Made by a program: the position numbers and the translations under genes
Notes under the pieces: model-generated
What the model saw: only the letters and a program-made list of their open reading frames with translations
The model's database searches: none
What the model was told of the DNA's origin: nothing
In this document: positions 40,400-52,882 of the stretch, piece after piece
Position numbering within the stretch: position 1 is the first letter of the stretch
How the letters are laid out: each line of letters starts with the position of its first letter
DNA from: Lama guanicoe
Lineage: Eukaryota
DNA: 64,000 nt
Direction: 5' to 3'
Assembly (NCBI GenBank): GCA_013239625.1
Contig: MU056029.1
Coordinates: 558,001-622,000 of the forward strand

Positions 40400-41510
40400 A
40401 CAAGTGGCTAACATGGGCACCTTTACCTTGTTCCTGCCTTTAGGGGGAATGTTTTCAGACTTTCATCATTAAGTATTATATCAGTTACGGGGTTTCATGA
40501 ATGCCCTATATTAGGTAGAAGAAGGCTCTGCCTACCTAGATTGTGAAGAATTGTATCATGAAAGGATGTTGGATCTTGTCAAATGTTTTTTCTGCCTCTG
40601 TGGAGATAATCATATGGTCATTTCCCTTAATTCTGTTAATAATGATGTGTTACTTTGATTGATCTTCACATGTTTGAACCACTCTGCCTTTCTGGGATAG
40701 ATTCCACTTGGTAATGAGATAAATCCTTTTAAAATGGTATTGAATTCACTTGGCTAATATTTTGTTGATTTTTGATATTCATGAGGCATTTTAGTCCGTG
40801 GTTTTCCTGTGATGTTTTTGTCTGGCTTTGGTATCATAGTTAATGCTGGCCTCATGAACGGAGTTATGCAGTATTCCTTCCTCTTCTATTTCTTAGAAGA
40901 GTTTGAGAAAGATTGGTGTTAATTCTTTAAATGTTCGGTAGAATTCACCAGTGAAGCGCTCTGGTCCTAGGTTTTTCTTTGTTGAGAGGTTTTTGATTAT
41001 TGATTCAGTCTCTTTACTTGCTGTGGGACTTCTCAGATTTTTCTATCTTTCCTTGAGTCCCTTTTGGTAGTTTGTGTATTCCCAGGAATTTGTCCCTTTC
41101 ATTTAGGTTGTCTAATTTGTTGGTGTTCAGTAGTTCATAGGATTCTCTTATAATCCTTTCTCTTTCTGTAAGTTTAGTAATAACATCCTCTCTTTAATTC
41201 CTGAGATTAATGATTTGTATCTTCTCTCTTCTCCCTTAGTCTATAGCTAAAAGTTGACCGGTTTTGTTGATTTTTTTTTTCCAAAGAGCCAAATTTAGGG
41301 TTTGGTGATTTTATCTATTGTTTTTCCATTTCCATCTCCTCTGCTCTAATTCTCATCATTTCCTTCCTTCTGGCTCTGTGTTTAACTTGTTCTTATTTTT
41401 ATCTCCTTAAGATAAATTTAAGTTACTGATTCTAGCTGTTTCTTCTTTTTTAATGTAGACTATGAATTTCCCTTTGAGCACTGCTTTCACTGAATCCCAT
41501 AAGTGTTGGT
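40400..41510 (-). mobile_element. Old L1 ORF2 (endonuclease/RT region) fragment
   Basis: Antisense L1 motifs gtctggctttggtatcatagttaatgctggcctcat, tagaattcaccagtgaagc. Confidence 0.82.
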
Positions 41511-42149
41511 CAATCCATGTTAGATGTTCTTGATGATAAGCTGTTTGAGTTCTTCATGCCTTTCTATCTGGGGCTTTTGGGTACACGACTCTTGTGGCTC
41601 TCTCAAACAAGTCATAAAAAAACCAGAAAGAGTGGGTTTTAGAAGGCTCATGTATTGCTAGAGCCCTTACATATTTATGTATTTTAAATTTTGGTATATG
41701 TAAATGAAATTTGAAAGCAAATTCTGTCTTCAAATACCACCCAATAGAAAAAAAAGAAATACACCAATATATCAAGAAACACTGATGGACCCAAGAATAT
41801 AAAATATTCTAACCTAAAAACAAATTTAAACATGTCATTCCCAAGCCAAACTCGTTCATAGCTCTTTCCTGTTTTCTAAGTAAGGCCCAGATTCCTTTTT
41901 AAGACAAGCAGCGATCTTTAACACATGGTTGCTGTTCCCTGTCTCCAACTCCCCATGCTACCTTCTTTTTTATTTTCTAGCAATACTTGCTGTGTCTTCC
42001 TGGACAGCCTCTGATGGTCCATGTCTCTAGATCTCCATTCATGCTGTTCCCTTGTCTGGACTGTCCTATTTTTTTTTTTTTGGCTTAGTTAAATATTCCT
42101 CATCTTTATAGATTAGTTTCAGGCATTATTTCCCCCCCAGATGTTCTTA

Positions 42150-42268
42150 GGAGGAGGTAATTTTAGGTTTCTTTGTTTGTTTGTTTTTTTAAACAGAGGC
42201 ACTGGGAGTTGAACCCAGGACCTTGTGCATGCTAAGTATGCACTCTACCACTGAGCTATACCCTCCCT
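42150..42268 (-). mobile_element. vic-1-like SINE
   Basis: Imperfect TSD cccagatgttctta / cccagatattttta. Confidence 0.87.
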
Positions 42269-42562
42269 CCCAGATATTTTTATAGTTTGGACTTTTGCTT
42301 GAGCTGTGGAAAATCTCTTCTACTGAATGCAACTGAATTTATGTGTTATTGTGTTGGCTTCCCGCACAGCACTGGACTGAAAACTCTTAAGTCTGAAACC
42401 TGAATTTGTTCCACCCTTTTCTCCACAGTTCCTCTTAAAAGTCTTGGCACAGAGTAAATGCCCAGTCAGTATATGTTGAACTGAATGAAAGAGGGCCGTA
42501 TTGCTGTGTAGTGTGTGGAGGTCATGAGAGTAACAGGGATTAAAAAAGAAGCAAGTTAAAAT

Positions 42563-42687
42563 TGGGGGGGGGTAGTTATAGCTCAGTGGTAGTGCATGAC
42601 TAGCATGCATGAGGTCCTGTGTTTAATCCCCAGTATTGCCATTAAGAAAAGTAAATAAATAAAAATCTAATTGCCCCCTCCAAAATA
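42563..42687 (+). mobile_element. vic-1-like SINE
   Basis: tatagctcagtggtagtgcatgactagcatgcatgaggtcc...aatctaattgccccc. Confidence 0.85.
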
Positions 42688-43459
42688 AGTTAAGAGGTTG
42701 CCACGGGCTATGGGAGTCACCAAGGAAACAGGACTTGGATGGGAGAAAGAAAAAAACAATCAGTTCAAGCCTGGGCTTCCAGCTAGAAGGTGAACCGAGC
42801 TAAGAAAGGACCTGGATTATCTTGGACAATGAGAAGGTGTGGATTGGAAGGTGCCAGGGCCCAGGGAGCACTGGGAACCCCTGCAGATGTAGTGCTGCAT
42901 CCAGACATAGCCCCCCACCTGCGGTGTCTCCTCCCCATCTCTCCCTCTTTGCCAGGTAGCTTAGAATCTTCTAGAGGGTCATCTGTATCCTGCAGAAGGC
43001 TGCTTTTTCCTGACTGCCCGTTCCTAGAAGGCTTTGTCCTCACTGCCGCTTGGAGTTAGTTCCAGGGAAGTGCAGGGGAAGCTCGTAGAAGCCCAGCTGA
43101 GCCCTGAGCGGATGGGGCCAGCTCCTGGAGGCTGAGTACCGCTTGTTTTGCATGCTTGGATTTCCTTGCTTGCTGTTGTAAGGGATGCTAATTAATCCTA
43201 GGGTTACTGACATCTAATGTACCACTACCTGGGACCTTAAACCTGGACACACTTCTTTGAGATTTTATTTTTTAAACAGAGCATTTTAATATACAGATGT
43301 AAGATAATTTTTCATTTAACATGTAATATTCCTTTGTGGACCACCCTATCATTATGCCTGGTTATCCCACCACATTGTGAGCTTTGTTAAAAGAAGAAAA
43401 AACAGCTTGTCTTCCTGATGGTTTAAAAAAAGGGGGGGGGGGAATAAACCAACCGAATA

Positions 43460-43895
43460 TAAGTGATGCTATATATAAAAGAGGCTACGGGTTGCCATGG
43501 GAACCAAAGTTCTAAAAATGACGCAAAGGAAAGAACATCAGGTTGTGGTGACAAATGACACTCGAAGTGACAGGTTTCTTGTGGTGCTTGCTTTTAATTA
43601 ACGCAGCTCTGTAAGAAACATTATCATTGAATAATAGATTTAACGTGTAAATCAGAAACCTGGCTGGAAGATTTGTTGTTTTTTTTTTTATTTTCAGCAC
43701 TGGGATAACTAATGAGAGGATGCCCGGAACAACTGGAGAAGGCAGCTCCACGGCGACAAAGGATGCAGGGATGCAGGCTCAGGGACGGTGCCTCTCCCCG
43801 ATCACGTGATGACGGCGTGCGCCGCGCTCTCTCGCGGGCTGTGGCAACAGCTGTCTCCAGCTCAGTCATCAAAGCCAAGCTAAAAATACAACCGA
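43460..43895. promoter_or_regulatory. Candidate enhancer/promoter (RFX, MEF2/TATA, CRE-C/EBP, E-box cluster)
   Basis: CTATATATAAAAG 43469; GTTGCCATGGGAAC 43491-43504; TGACGCAA 43519-43526; ATCACGTGAT 43801-43810; CTAAAAATAC 43880-43889; local CpG enrichment. Confidence 0.5.
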
Positions 43896-44633
43896 CACCA
43901 CAAAGGAGAGCAGTTCTGTAACATAAAAATCACTAGCTTAAAAATTTTTTTTTCTATACGTTATTTATTATGTTGGTGTTTTCAGTAGGTGTTTTAATGT
44001 CTGCCTCCTTTGGGGACCTGCTTCTCTCAGCACAATGAGCCATCCCCACCCCAGCACGGAATTCCTGACTAATCGTGCACCCCACATCAGGAGGTCCGTG
44101 GACGCCTGCCAAGGTCGGCACAGATACCAAGATGCTCAGGGCAGTATCAAGACAAGACAGTCAGTGTACCGCACACGTGGGAAAGAAGACACAAACTTTT
44201 CCCAGAGTTGTGGAATTTGAAGAAAACAGAGGTGGGAGAATGTCCACAGACATGAAGCAGAGGTGAAAAGCCAGGTCTGCACACTCCCACGGCCCCACCT
44301 CCCTACCATTTGCTCTGGGAGGGGCCACCAGGGGTTCCTCGACCGGGGTCAGGCCAGTCGCTGCTGTATTTATTCACTTATTAGCGCCTCAGAGCAACCC
44401 CATAGGGATACAGACACAGGGAAACGTGCTCAAAGGAGAGCAGAGAAACAATTTAAATGGTGTGGGTGGTGGGTCCCTTTCTTACACATACTTCAAGCTA
44501 TGGTGTGTTGAGCTGGCAGGGTTTTCAAATCCTTGTCACTTGTCTTGTTGGCTTCAGTCTCCCACCCACCACCACAGCCCCCTGTCTCTGTGTCTCTACA
44601 CAGGCACCACCTGTCACATTCTCTGATAACGTT

Positions 44634-44829
44634 GTTTTTTTTTTCTTCAGAGTATTTAAAAAAATTTTTTTTATTGAGGTGTAGTCAGTTTACAATATTG
44701 TGTCAATTTCTGGTGGACAGCACAGCACTTCTGTCATACATGAACATACATATATTAGTTTTCATATTCTTTTTCACCATGAGCTGCAATAAGATATCAA
44801 ATATAGTTCCCTGTGCTATACAGTGTAAA
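44634..44829 (-). mobile_element. Short young L1 3' end with TSD
   Basis: TSD ctctgataac(t)gtt 44621-44633 / 44830-44843. Confidence 0.85.
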
Positions 44830-46311
44830 CTCTGATAACTGTTAATGGTTCATTTTACCTCCTACCCTGTGAGCTCTTTGAGGCCAAGTAAATGTCTTCC
44901 CTCCCAGCTCGCAACATTTTTTAGACAAAGGAATGAATAAATGGAACAAAACCAGCATGTGTAGATGTCCTCAGAGTTTTATAATTATAGTTATGTTAGT
45001 TCCATCCATCAAACACTTTTAGGGGCAAATCTTGTTTCAACAACTGGGTTGATGTGGTTAAGACCATGAGACAGAGCACCTGCTTTGGTCCTGCCCTGGC
45101 AGGCAGAGGGCAGCATGAACAATCTGGCAAATATGAAGACGCCAGAGTAAACACCACAGAAGGATTCGCACAGTCCAACGTGGTAGGATCCCCAGAACTG
45201 GGGGCTTTCCATGAGAAAACAAAACTTGATGAGAAACTTCAGGAGAAAGAGTTAGATGGGCAGGAAAAGAGACCATTCTAGATGAGAGAGGCACAGACCA
45301 GGCCAAGAAGTCTGTTGAACCTGCTAGAAATGGTGGGTGGCTGGAATGCAGGTGTGGGTGAAGCTGCTGGCGGTTGCGGGTGGAGAGGCTGTGAGCATGT
45401 GGCTTCTGGAGGGTCCCGCCCATCATGCCCAGACAGAGGACCTGATTTTACAGCCAGGGGACCTCCAGGTGTCTTACATGTACATTTCATGTTGTGAAAT
45501 TAATAGCAGCTCATTATTAAAATTTGTAAAATATGACTAGTAGAGGCCAGGGGAAGAAAAAGACCAGTTGTCCCATCACCAGAAATAACCCGGTGATAAC
45601 ACACTTTAATATACTTTTTTCACAGTGATGTGCGTGTATACTTTTTTACATATAAAAAATGGCAAACCTTTATAATTAACTTTTTAAATTTTAAAATGAT
45701 CACAATTCTTTGGCCAACTTCAGGGAAAGTTGGAAATACAGTACAAAGAATTGTTTTCCCTGAACAACTTCAGGTAGCTTGCCCACCGTGTACCTCCTCC
45801 CACATTCCTAACAAGACACTCTCCTACCTGCCATCAATTTAACACAATTCAACAGAGAAAATCACGAAATTAACATTAGTACATAATCCTGAAGTCCTTA
45901 GGCTTTGCATTTTCCCCCAGTTGTCCCCAAGTATCCTTTAAAGAAAAAGGGCCACATTCAGAATCACGTGTCACATTCGGCTGCCCTGCCCATTCAGCCT
46001 CCTTAGGTCAGAAGCAGGTCTTCAGCCTCTGTGGGACTTTGATGACTTCAGCACTTCTGAAGATCTCAGGGCACTCCGGGGGCTGAACGTCCCTCTGTCT
46101 GGGTTTGTCTGCGGTCTCCTTAGGAATGGAATCTGACGCTGGATGTTTGGCTGGGACAACACGGAAGGGATGTGTGTCCTTCCTGTTCCGTCCAATCAGA
46201 TGGAGGCATCCTTGCTGGTAATGTTCATGTTAATCATTTGACTAAGTTGTCAGCTAAGATTCTCCACCATTAGTTCTTTGTACTTGACTAGTACTTTCCG
46301 TGGAATATTCT

Positions 46312-46725
46312 TGTTGGAAGACAATTCTCTTACATTTCCGGCACCTCTGAGAGGTACTGATTCCCTTTAGCTCTGGCCTGTCTTTGCAGACAGCCTTGTT
46401 AGACACAGATATGTTTCTTCTCGGAGCACAGGGCAGCTGTGTTTGCTATCCAGAGGACTAAAGATAACATTTCACTCAGGCACAAACTTTGGGGAAAATT
46501 GCTTACAGTCCATTATAAAAGTTTGGGGTTTTCTAAGCACAGGGCTCCTCTGCTCTGATATGAACCCACTGTGTGTGCTGTGTCCACCTGGGCCATTTCT
46601 ACTTGTCCCTGTGGGACATGGGGACAAGGGTATCCAAGAGAAACATGAAGCTCATGCTGCCTGCTGTGCAGTGAGTAAAAAAGTCCTGTGTTTCTTCCAG
46701 CCTCCAGAAAACTATCCACAGCTAG
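46312..46725 (+). mobile_element. MER76-like ERVL LTR
   Basis: Starts tgttggaagacaattctc; ttataaaagtttgggg and agtaaaaaagtcc motifs; family from memory. Confidence 0.6.
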
Positions 46726-47123
46726 CGTGTTGAATTGCATGAGTAAAACCTCAGAGCAATTGAGAACTTTGAAACGATGGAAATATCCCTTTCTCATCAA
46801 ACTTAAAATGCATTTATTTATTTATATCTGTGTGGGCAATGGCTTCCGACTTCTACAGAAGGTTATAATCCACTACTATTGTTAATTTCCTTTGATGCAC
46901 AGATCAAATCCCCCGATTCGGCCAGAGGGAACCTTTTCAAGTTGATTTCTGTGTCTTTTTGACATATTCTCACCCTTCTTTGATCACATACTTGGTTTCT
47001 GACATGAGAAAGATAATTTAGCACATCTGTAACTATCCTTCCCCTACTCTTGATTCCGCCCTTTTTCTGAGGAGCTCTGGCTCCATTTAGCCGAATACAG
47101 TACTGAGAAGGCATGGCATGGGT

Positions 47124-48440
47124 TGTGAGACATGGCCACCTACAAAGTTAGAGTCACTGTCCCCAAACTCACCAGACTTCTGATACCCACAACTAGTCTA
47201 AAGAGTCCCCAGATCACCCTCAGGTTTGATAATTCACTGCAAGGTCACCACACTCTGAAAGCTGCTGTACTCAGGGTTGCAGCTGATCACAGCGAAGGGA
47301 TACAGACTGAAATCAGCTCGGGTGGAAAGAGTGAGAAGGGCCAGATGTTGGGCCCCCACTGCCGTCTCCCCGAGTCAGGACAGGTGACTGCTCCAGCATC
47401 GGTGGTGGAACAGTACACATGAGTGTTGCCAACAAGGGAGCCACCCGAGCTCTGGTGTCCAGAGTGTTTATTGGGGCTTCACAACGTAGGCGCGATTAAT
47501 GCACTGGTTGCCCATGGGTTGATTTCAGTCTCCAGCTACACTTATACCATGTGACCCCAAATCCCTCGCCCTGAGTCACACTGTTGGTTTCTCTGGCACA
47601 GCCAGCCCCCACCCTAAGATGATATGGCTGTGGCCAGCCCCGGCTCTAACTCACATTGTTAGACTGCCCAGTATTGTTAGGGCAGGCAGACAGCTAGATA
47701 GGAGCAGAGGAAGGAGGATGCAGACCAAATGCAGGAATTGGGCAAAAAGGAGTCGCACAGGCAAAGACAGGAAAACATACATCATATAAACAGCAGGGGT
47801 CCCTGGGCAGATAGAGAAAATCAGGAACCTCTGGACCGATAAGAAATCACACATTTTGTGGTGACAAGTGCCCTGTGGTAACAAGAGACCAATAAAGAAA
47901 GGTGGGAAAAAGCAGGGATCTCCAGCACCTAAATATAACCCTTTGCCCATTATGCCCCCATTTCAATAAAATGAGCCTTGCAGATTAGACGTACCCCTCA
48001 TGCACCAAGGCCATGACATTCCCATCCAGACTAAATAAGGACAAAAATCCCTCCTCCCCTCGGGAAGTTGGAGCTGGGTTGGAAATCAGGGAATACGACT
48101 CCAAACCCCTCCCTCCCCAATGAATATTCCACCCATTCAATTTCACCCCCTATGTAACCAACTTGCCAAAGAACTCAGGGCAGCCGCTCACCCGAGCCTG
48201 CCTGCTTTCCCCTGAGAGTGTACTGTCTACTCCTTAATAAATCCCCATTTTACTTTCTTAACCTCTGTGTCTTGTCTCTAAATTCTTTCTGCAATGGGAC
48301 AGGAACCTAATGGCCGACCATGGCCACGGCCTGCAGGCAAACAAAGAGGATCCTACCAGGCATAATGCTGCAGGAGCCCAGAGATAACCTCCCAGAGGGG
48401 CAGAGGCCAGACCTGTGCTCTGGGCGAGGCCCGCTCTTCC
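47124..48440 (-). mobile_element. MER21-like LTR split by a younger LTR
   Basis: caccctcaggtttgataattcact; cacattgttagactgcccagt | tggccacggcctgcaggcaaacaaag continuity across the insertion. Confidence 0.72.
47675..48320 (+). mobile_element. ERV1-type solo LTR
   Basis: tgttagggcagg start, AATAAA at about 48236; reverse-complement homolog at 52020-52622. Confidence 0.85.
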
Positions 48441-48879
48441 CGGCGCGGGCGCGATGTGTGCTCCTCGGTGATGGCGTGCTGGTGCTCCCGGGCCCTTTAG
48501 GTGACAGAGGCAGGGAACAGATGTGCGCACACACACCCACTGCCGCCTTTATTGCTTTCTCTGTCTGCTATGTGTCTTCTATAATCTGCCTATCTAGCTA
48601 TCTATCCATCTGTCTGTCCTGAAAAGCATGACTTCACACCAATACCGAAAGAGTAGGAAGCTAACGGGGTGGCTACCGAGTTGTCCAGGCCTGTGCTTCT
48701 AGCTACACTGATCTTATGATGAACACGTTCCCCACCCTGTGCACTCTTTTTCTTAGAATAACTTATCCTTTTATCCTAGGGGGTCTTGAAAGAAGGTCAT
48801 GGGCTGATAACCACAAGAAAATGGGCAGACCTTCCTAAATTCTCTGGAACAGCAGCAAGTTCTCATCAAGATGAAAAAG

Positions 48880-49102
48880 GAATGTAGCCCCTGCTCACAC
48901 CCTGATTGTTATCACCCTCCTGCTCCCATTTATCTCCAAAACCCCAGGACACTCCCCCCAAGGCAGGCTCACAGTCTTCAAGGCAGGAGCCTGGGGTGAT
49001 TCCCTTTGTCTCGCAAAGCAATAAAGCTGTTCTTTCCAACTCCCAGAACTCTGCCTCTGCCTCTCCATTTGGCTGTTGTGGGGGCATCGTTTTTGGACAA
49101 CA
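48880..49102 (+). mobile_element. ERV LTR 3' fragment
   Basis: caataaagctgttctttcc then ...ggacaaca terminus. Confidence 0.55.
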
Positions 49103-49682
49103 ATGCCTTCCAATACCAGTCCAGCATCACAAAGTTCACTGAGGTTGCCTCCCTTCTCCACATTTGTAAGTCTCTTCCCCAGTAGTAAGGGGCCTGTCTT
49201 CTGTTACTCGTGACACACTTCCCCACATGACCAGTCCCCCTGTATTCATCAGTCTCTCATCCCTCACTCTCTTCCTGCCAGGTGGAGTAGCCTTCTTAAT
49301 CTTGCTTGCCCTCTGACACTCCGGGCTAGGTCACCCCTCCAGAGGGAACTCCCCATTATCCTGCACCCCAAACCCCATGATCAACCACCATCCTGTGTGG
49401 ATGCTGTTCCCACCCCACTCATGCTCTAAGCCCACCCTACAGGAAGGGAAGGGAGGAGAAAGTGAGGAACAGCACTCGACTGATTTGTCAGCATAGTTTA
49501 TTCTGACTATAAAAAGTAATCTTTTCTCATTGAACAGCATTTGGAATATACAGAAAAGTATAGAGGAAAGGTAGAGTTGTCCACAATTCTACTGTTAAGA
49601 GATTTACATTTGTATTGTTTTTTCCATGTTGTCTCTTTCCTAAGAACATTTAAAAATGGTTGATAACATAAATTTGTATAAT

Positions 49683-50261
49683 TGAAATGGAGCAGGACCC
49701 TGTGGGGTCCTCTCTTGTACGAATCCTTTCTGTGTTCCCTCACTTCTTGTTTGTAAGGAATAGGCTTCATTCAGCCTCCTTGACCTTCCTGGAGTTCCAA
49801 AGGGCAGAGTCAAACAGTTGCTGATCAGGGAAGGGAGGGAGTGCAGAGACAAAGGGGAACAGTCAAGAAATAATAGTGCAGCTTGGGGCAGGGGCCTGAT
49901 TCCTCCTCAAGGAACACATAGAACTATATCTCTGGGTTCTCCTGCAGGAACTAAGGCCCCCACCCAGGTGGAGGGTGGTGACTTCAGGCTGAGCACAAGG
50001 TTCCTGGAGCGCCATCCTGTTACGTCACCACCAGCCAATCAGAAGAAAGCTGGCAAACAGTGGAAGATAACAGAGGCTCTGACCCCCTCCCCAATGATTC
50101 TCCCTTTAAAATCTTTCATGGTTGAGCAGAACCTTTGGAGTTAGTTTTTGGACACGAATCCACTTTCTCCCCATGTTGCTGGCTTCCTGAGTAAAATGAC
50201 CTTTCCTTTCCAACCAACACTTGTCTCTTGAGTATTGACTCCCAAGTGGGGAGTTGAGACA
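49683..50261 (+). mobile_element. ERV1-type solo LTR
   Basis: tgaaatggagcagg...gagaca; CCAAT at about 50035, AGTAAA at about 50190; homologous to 56012-56413. Confidence 0.8.
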
Positions 50262-50536
50262 ATGTATTATTGTATTTAATATTAATAACATAATATTAAA
50301 AACAAAACCAACAGGAAAATTTAAACTTGTTCAATACAATTGTTGCTATAGTGAGGGCAAGTGCTGAAACAGAACAACACTAGTCATTTTAACTCATTAT
50401 GAAACAGAGTGAGAAATCACATCTGTGGAAAAAGGATAAGACTTGAGAAGCATATTTTCTGTTACTGAATAAGGGTAAATATGGAAACAAAGGATGAAGG
50501 GAAGCACTTCAGGGCCAAGATTTACTTAAGGCGGCT

Positions 50537-50945
50537 ATAAGGGAAAAACATTCCTCTCTTCTCAATACTCTGCTTGACTTCTGGTACTTCTGACGCCAAA
50601 TGTGTGCGGGTTTTCTCCATGCTGAGCAATTCTGTGACACCAGCTGGGTGTCTTTCAATTCAACTCAATTTAACACCATCTACGTGGATCAGTGTCAGTC
50701 CCACGGGCTGCCCCTCTTCCCTACTCAGGCCAATTTCAAGTTACCTGTTCTTATGACCAACCAACTGAAAATCAGAAGTTTCCCTCCTGTGAATTCAGTT
50801 CGTTTGCTGGAGTGGCACACAAGGCTCACAAAACCCGTTTACTCGCTGGATGACTGGTTTATTACAAAAGGTATTGAAGAAGATGAATGAACAGTCAGAT
50901 AAAGAGAAGCATGGGATGAGGTCTGGAAACGTCTTGAGCACAGTC
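50537..50945 (-). mobile_element. MER21-like LTR fragment
   Basis: acttctgacgccaaatgtgtg, gacaccagctgggtgtc motifs. Confidence 0.65.
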
Positions 50946-51099
50946 ATGGTTTCTGGGGTGAGGTCTCCATTTAAGGAGCCTTTATAGACAGAGTAGTGGG
51001 GAAGTCATAGCAGATGTGTTGGGGACTGCTACTTAAGCCTACTCCAATCCCAGAGTCCCCCTCTTTACCGACTCAGTGTTCACTTTTATCTCCTACAAC

Positions 51100-51675
51100 T
51101 GAGACAGCAGGGCACAGCCATTAAAGTTGTGGCACAGTGATTAGCACCAAGATGGCAGAGAATTCAATTCCCAGGAGACCTTGAGCTTCCTTGTAGGCTC
51201 AGTGTACTATATTAACATGGTAAATGGCACTTCCACAGGCGCCATGACCGACCAGTCCAAGGCTGACCATAAAAGGTCAAAAAGTGGGTGACGGCCCAGT
51301 TCCTGGGAATCCCTGCCTCTTCCCCAAAGTAGTTAGAACAGTCCTTCCACTTGTAAGCATATGAAGTTACCAAGCTCATAAAAACTAAGAGGCTCCAAAC
51401 CCCTTTGCTTTTCTCTTGCCTTTTGAAATGGTCTGCACTCTTTCTACAGAATGTGTATCTCCTAGACCTCTCGCTCTCTCGCCTTCGGAGATGGTCTACA
51501 TTCAGTCTATGGAGTGTACATCTCCCTGAATAAATCTACTTTCACTCTACTGTGGCTCCGCTCTTGAATTCTTTCCTGTGCGAAGCCAAGGACCCTCACT
51601 TGATGGGGTGCATCCCAGGGACTCACCTGGGACCTGGGACATGGCCATCCTCTCATGCCCCATTTTCCTGTATCA
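51100..51675 (+). mobile_element. ERV1 solo LTR (same family as 30570)
   Basis: tgagacag...cctgtatca; colinear with 30570-31121; AATAAA at about 51529. Confidence 0.85.
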
Positions 51676-52019
51676 GTAGTGAGAAAGGGGAGCAAGGGAT
51701 GGCCGGGGAACTCTTTAGAAGGTCACCTCAAGGGAACATCATGATTGATTAGATGTAGATTATGAGTGAAAAAAAGTGACAAAGATACCAGGTTTTTCTA
51801 TGTGGATAAATCAGGAATCAATGGGCACATTATCGACATTCTAAGTCTAGCAACTACTTCTTACAAAAACATCCTAGAGGGTAAGTCTTGGGTCATCTTC
51901 TTTGGGCTTCCCAACACACCCTGCTATGTGGACCACTTAGAACGGAGTTGCTGTATGCTCATTGGGTGAGCTTCTAGTCTTACACTCCCATAGGCACTGA
52001 GGTGGGTGTTTAGCTCCAC

Positions 52020-52622
52020 TGTTGCTGGTGCTAGGTTCTTGCCTTGATCCAGAAAGAATTCAGAGACAAGACACAGAGGTCAAGAAAGTAAAGTGAGAAC
52101 TTATTAAGGGATGGATTGTGTGCTCTCAAGGGGAGAGCGGGCAGGCTCAGGTGAGCGGCTGCCCTGAGTTCTTTGGCAAGTTGGTTACATGGGTGTGAAA
52201 ATGAATGGGCAGAATGTTCACTGGGGAGGGGGGTTTTGGAGTCTTATTCCCTTACTTCCATCCCAGCCCCATCTTCCCGAAGGGAGGAGGGGTTTTTGTC
52301 CTTATTCAGTCTGGATCAGAAGTGTCACAGTCTGGGTGCATGATGGGTACTTCTAATCTGCAAGGCTAATTTTATTGTAATGAAGGCATAATGAGCAAAC
52401 GGTTACATTTGGACACTGGAGATTCCTGCCTCTTCCCACCTTTCTTTGTCAACCTCCAGGCCACCTGTCACCCCAAAATGTGTGATTTCTTATCAGTCCA
52501 GAGGTTCCTGCTTTTCTCTGTCTGCCCAATGACCCCTGCTCTTGACAAGATGTATGGTTTCCCTCTATTTGGCCCAACCCCCCTTTCTCTGCTCATATCT
52601 AGCTCTCTGCCTGCTCTAAACC
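52020..52622 (-). mobile_element. ERV1 solo LTR (same family as 47675)
   Basis: Reverse complement aligns by eye to 47675-48320 (ggaacctctggac[c/t]gataagaaatcacacattttg). Confidence 0.87.
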
Positions 52623-52882
52623 TGTGAACTTGATGATCTTCTCTGGGGCCCATTGAAGAGCTCAGAATATGCTCCCCAGAATTCCCACATCTGCCCGACC
52701 CTGTTTACAGGAGAGAGTGTGCTTCCAGGGCTCAGCTCCTGCCTCCTCAAAGTCCAAAGCACGAAGTCTGGGACATAATATAACCCTCAGGACACACTTA
52801 TGCATCTGCAACCTCTCTTGGTTGGTATATTTCTTGTGTATTTATTTACATCTTAATGTGGGTATAGTATTAACCCCTTTTA

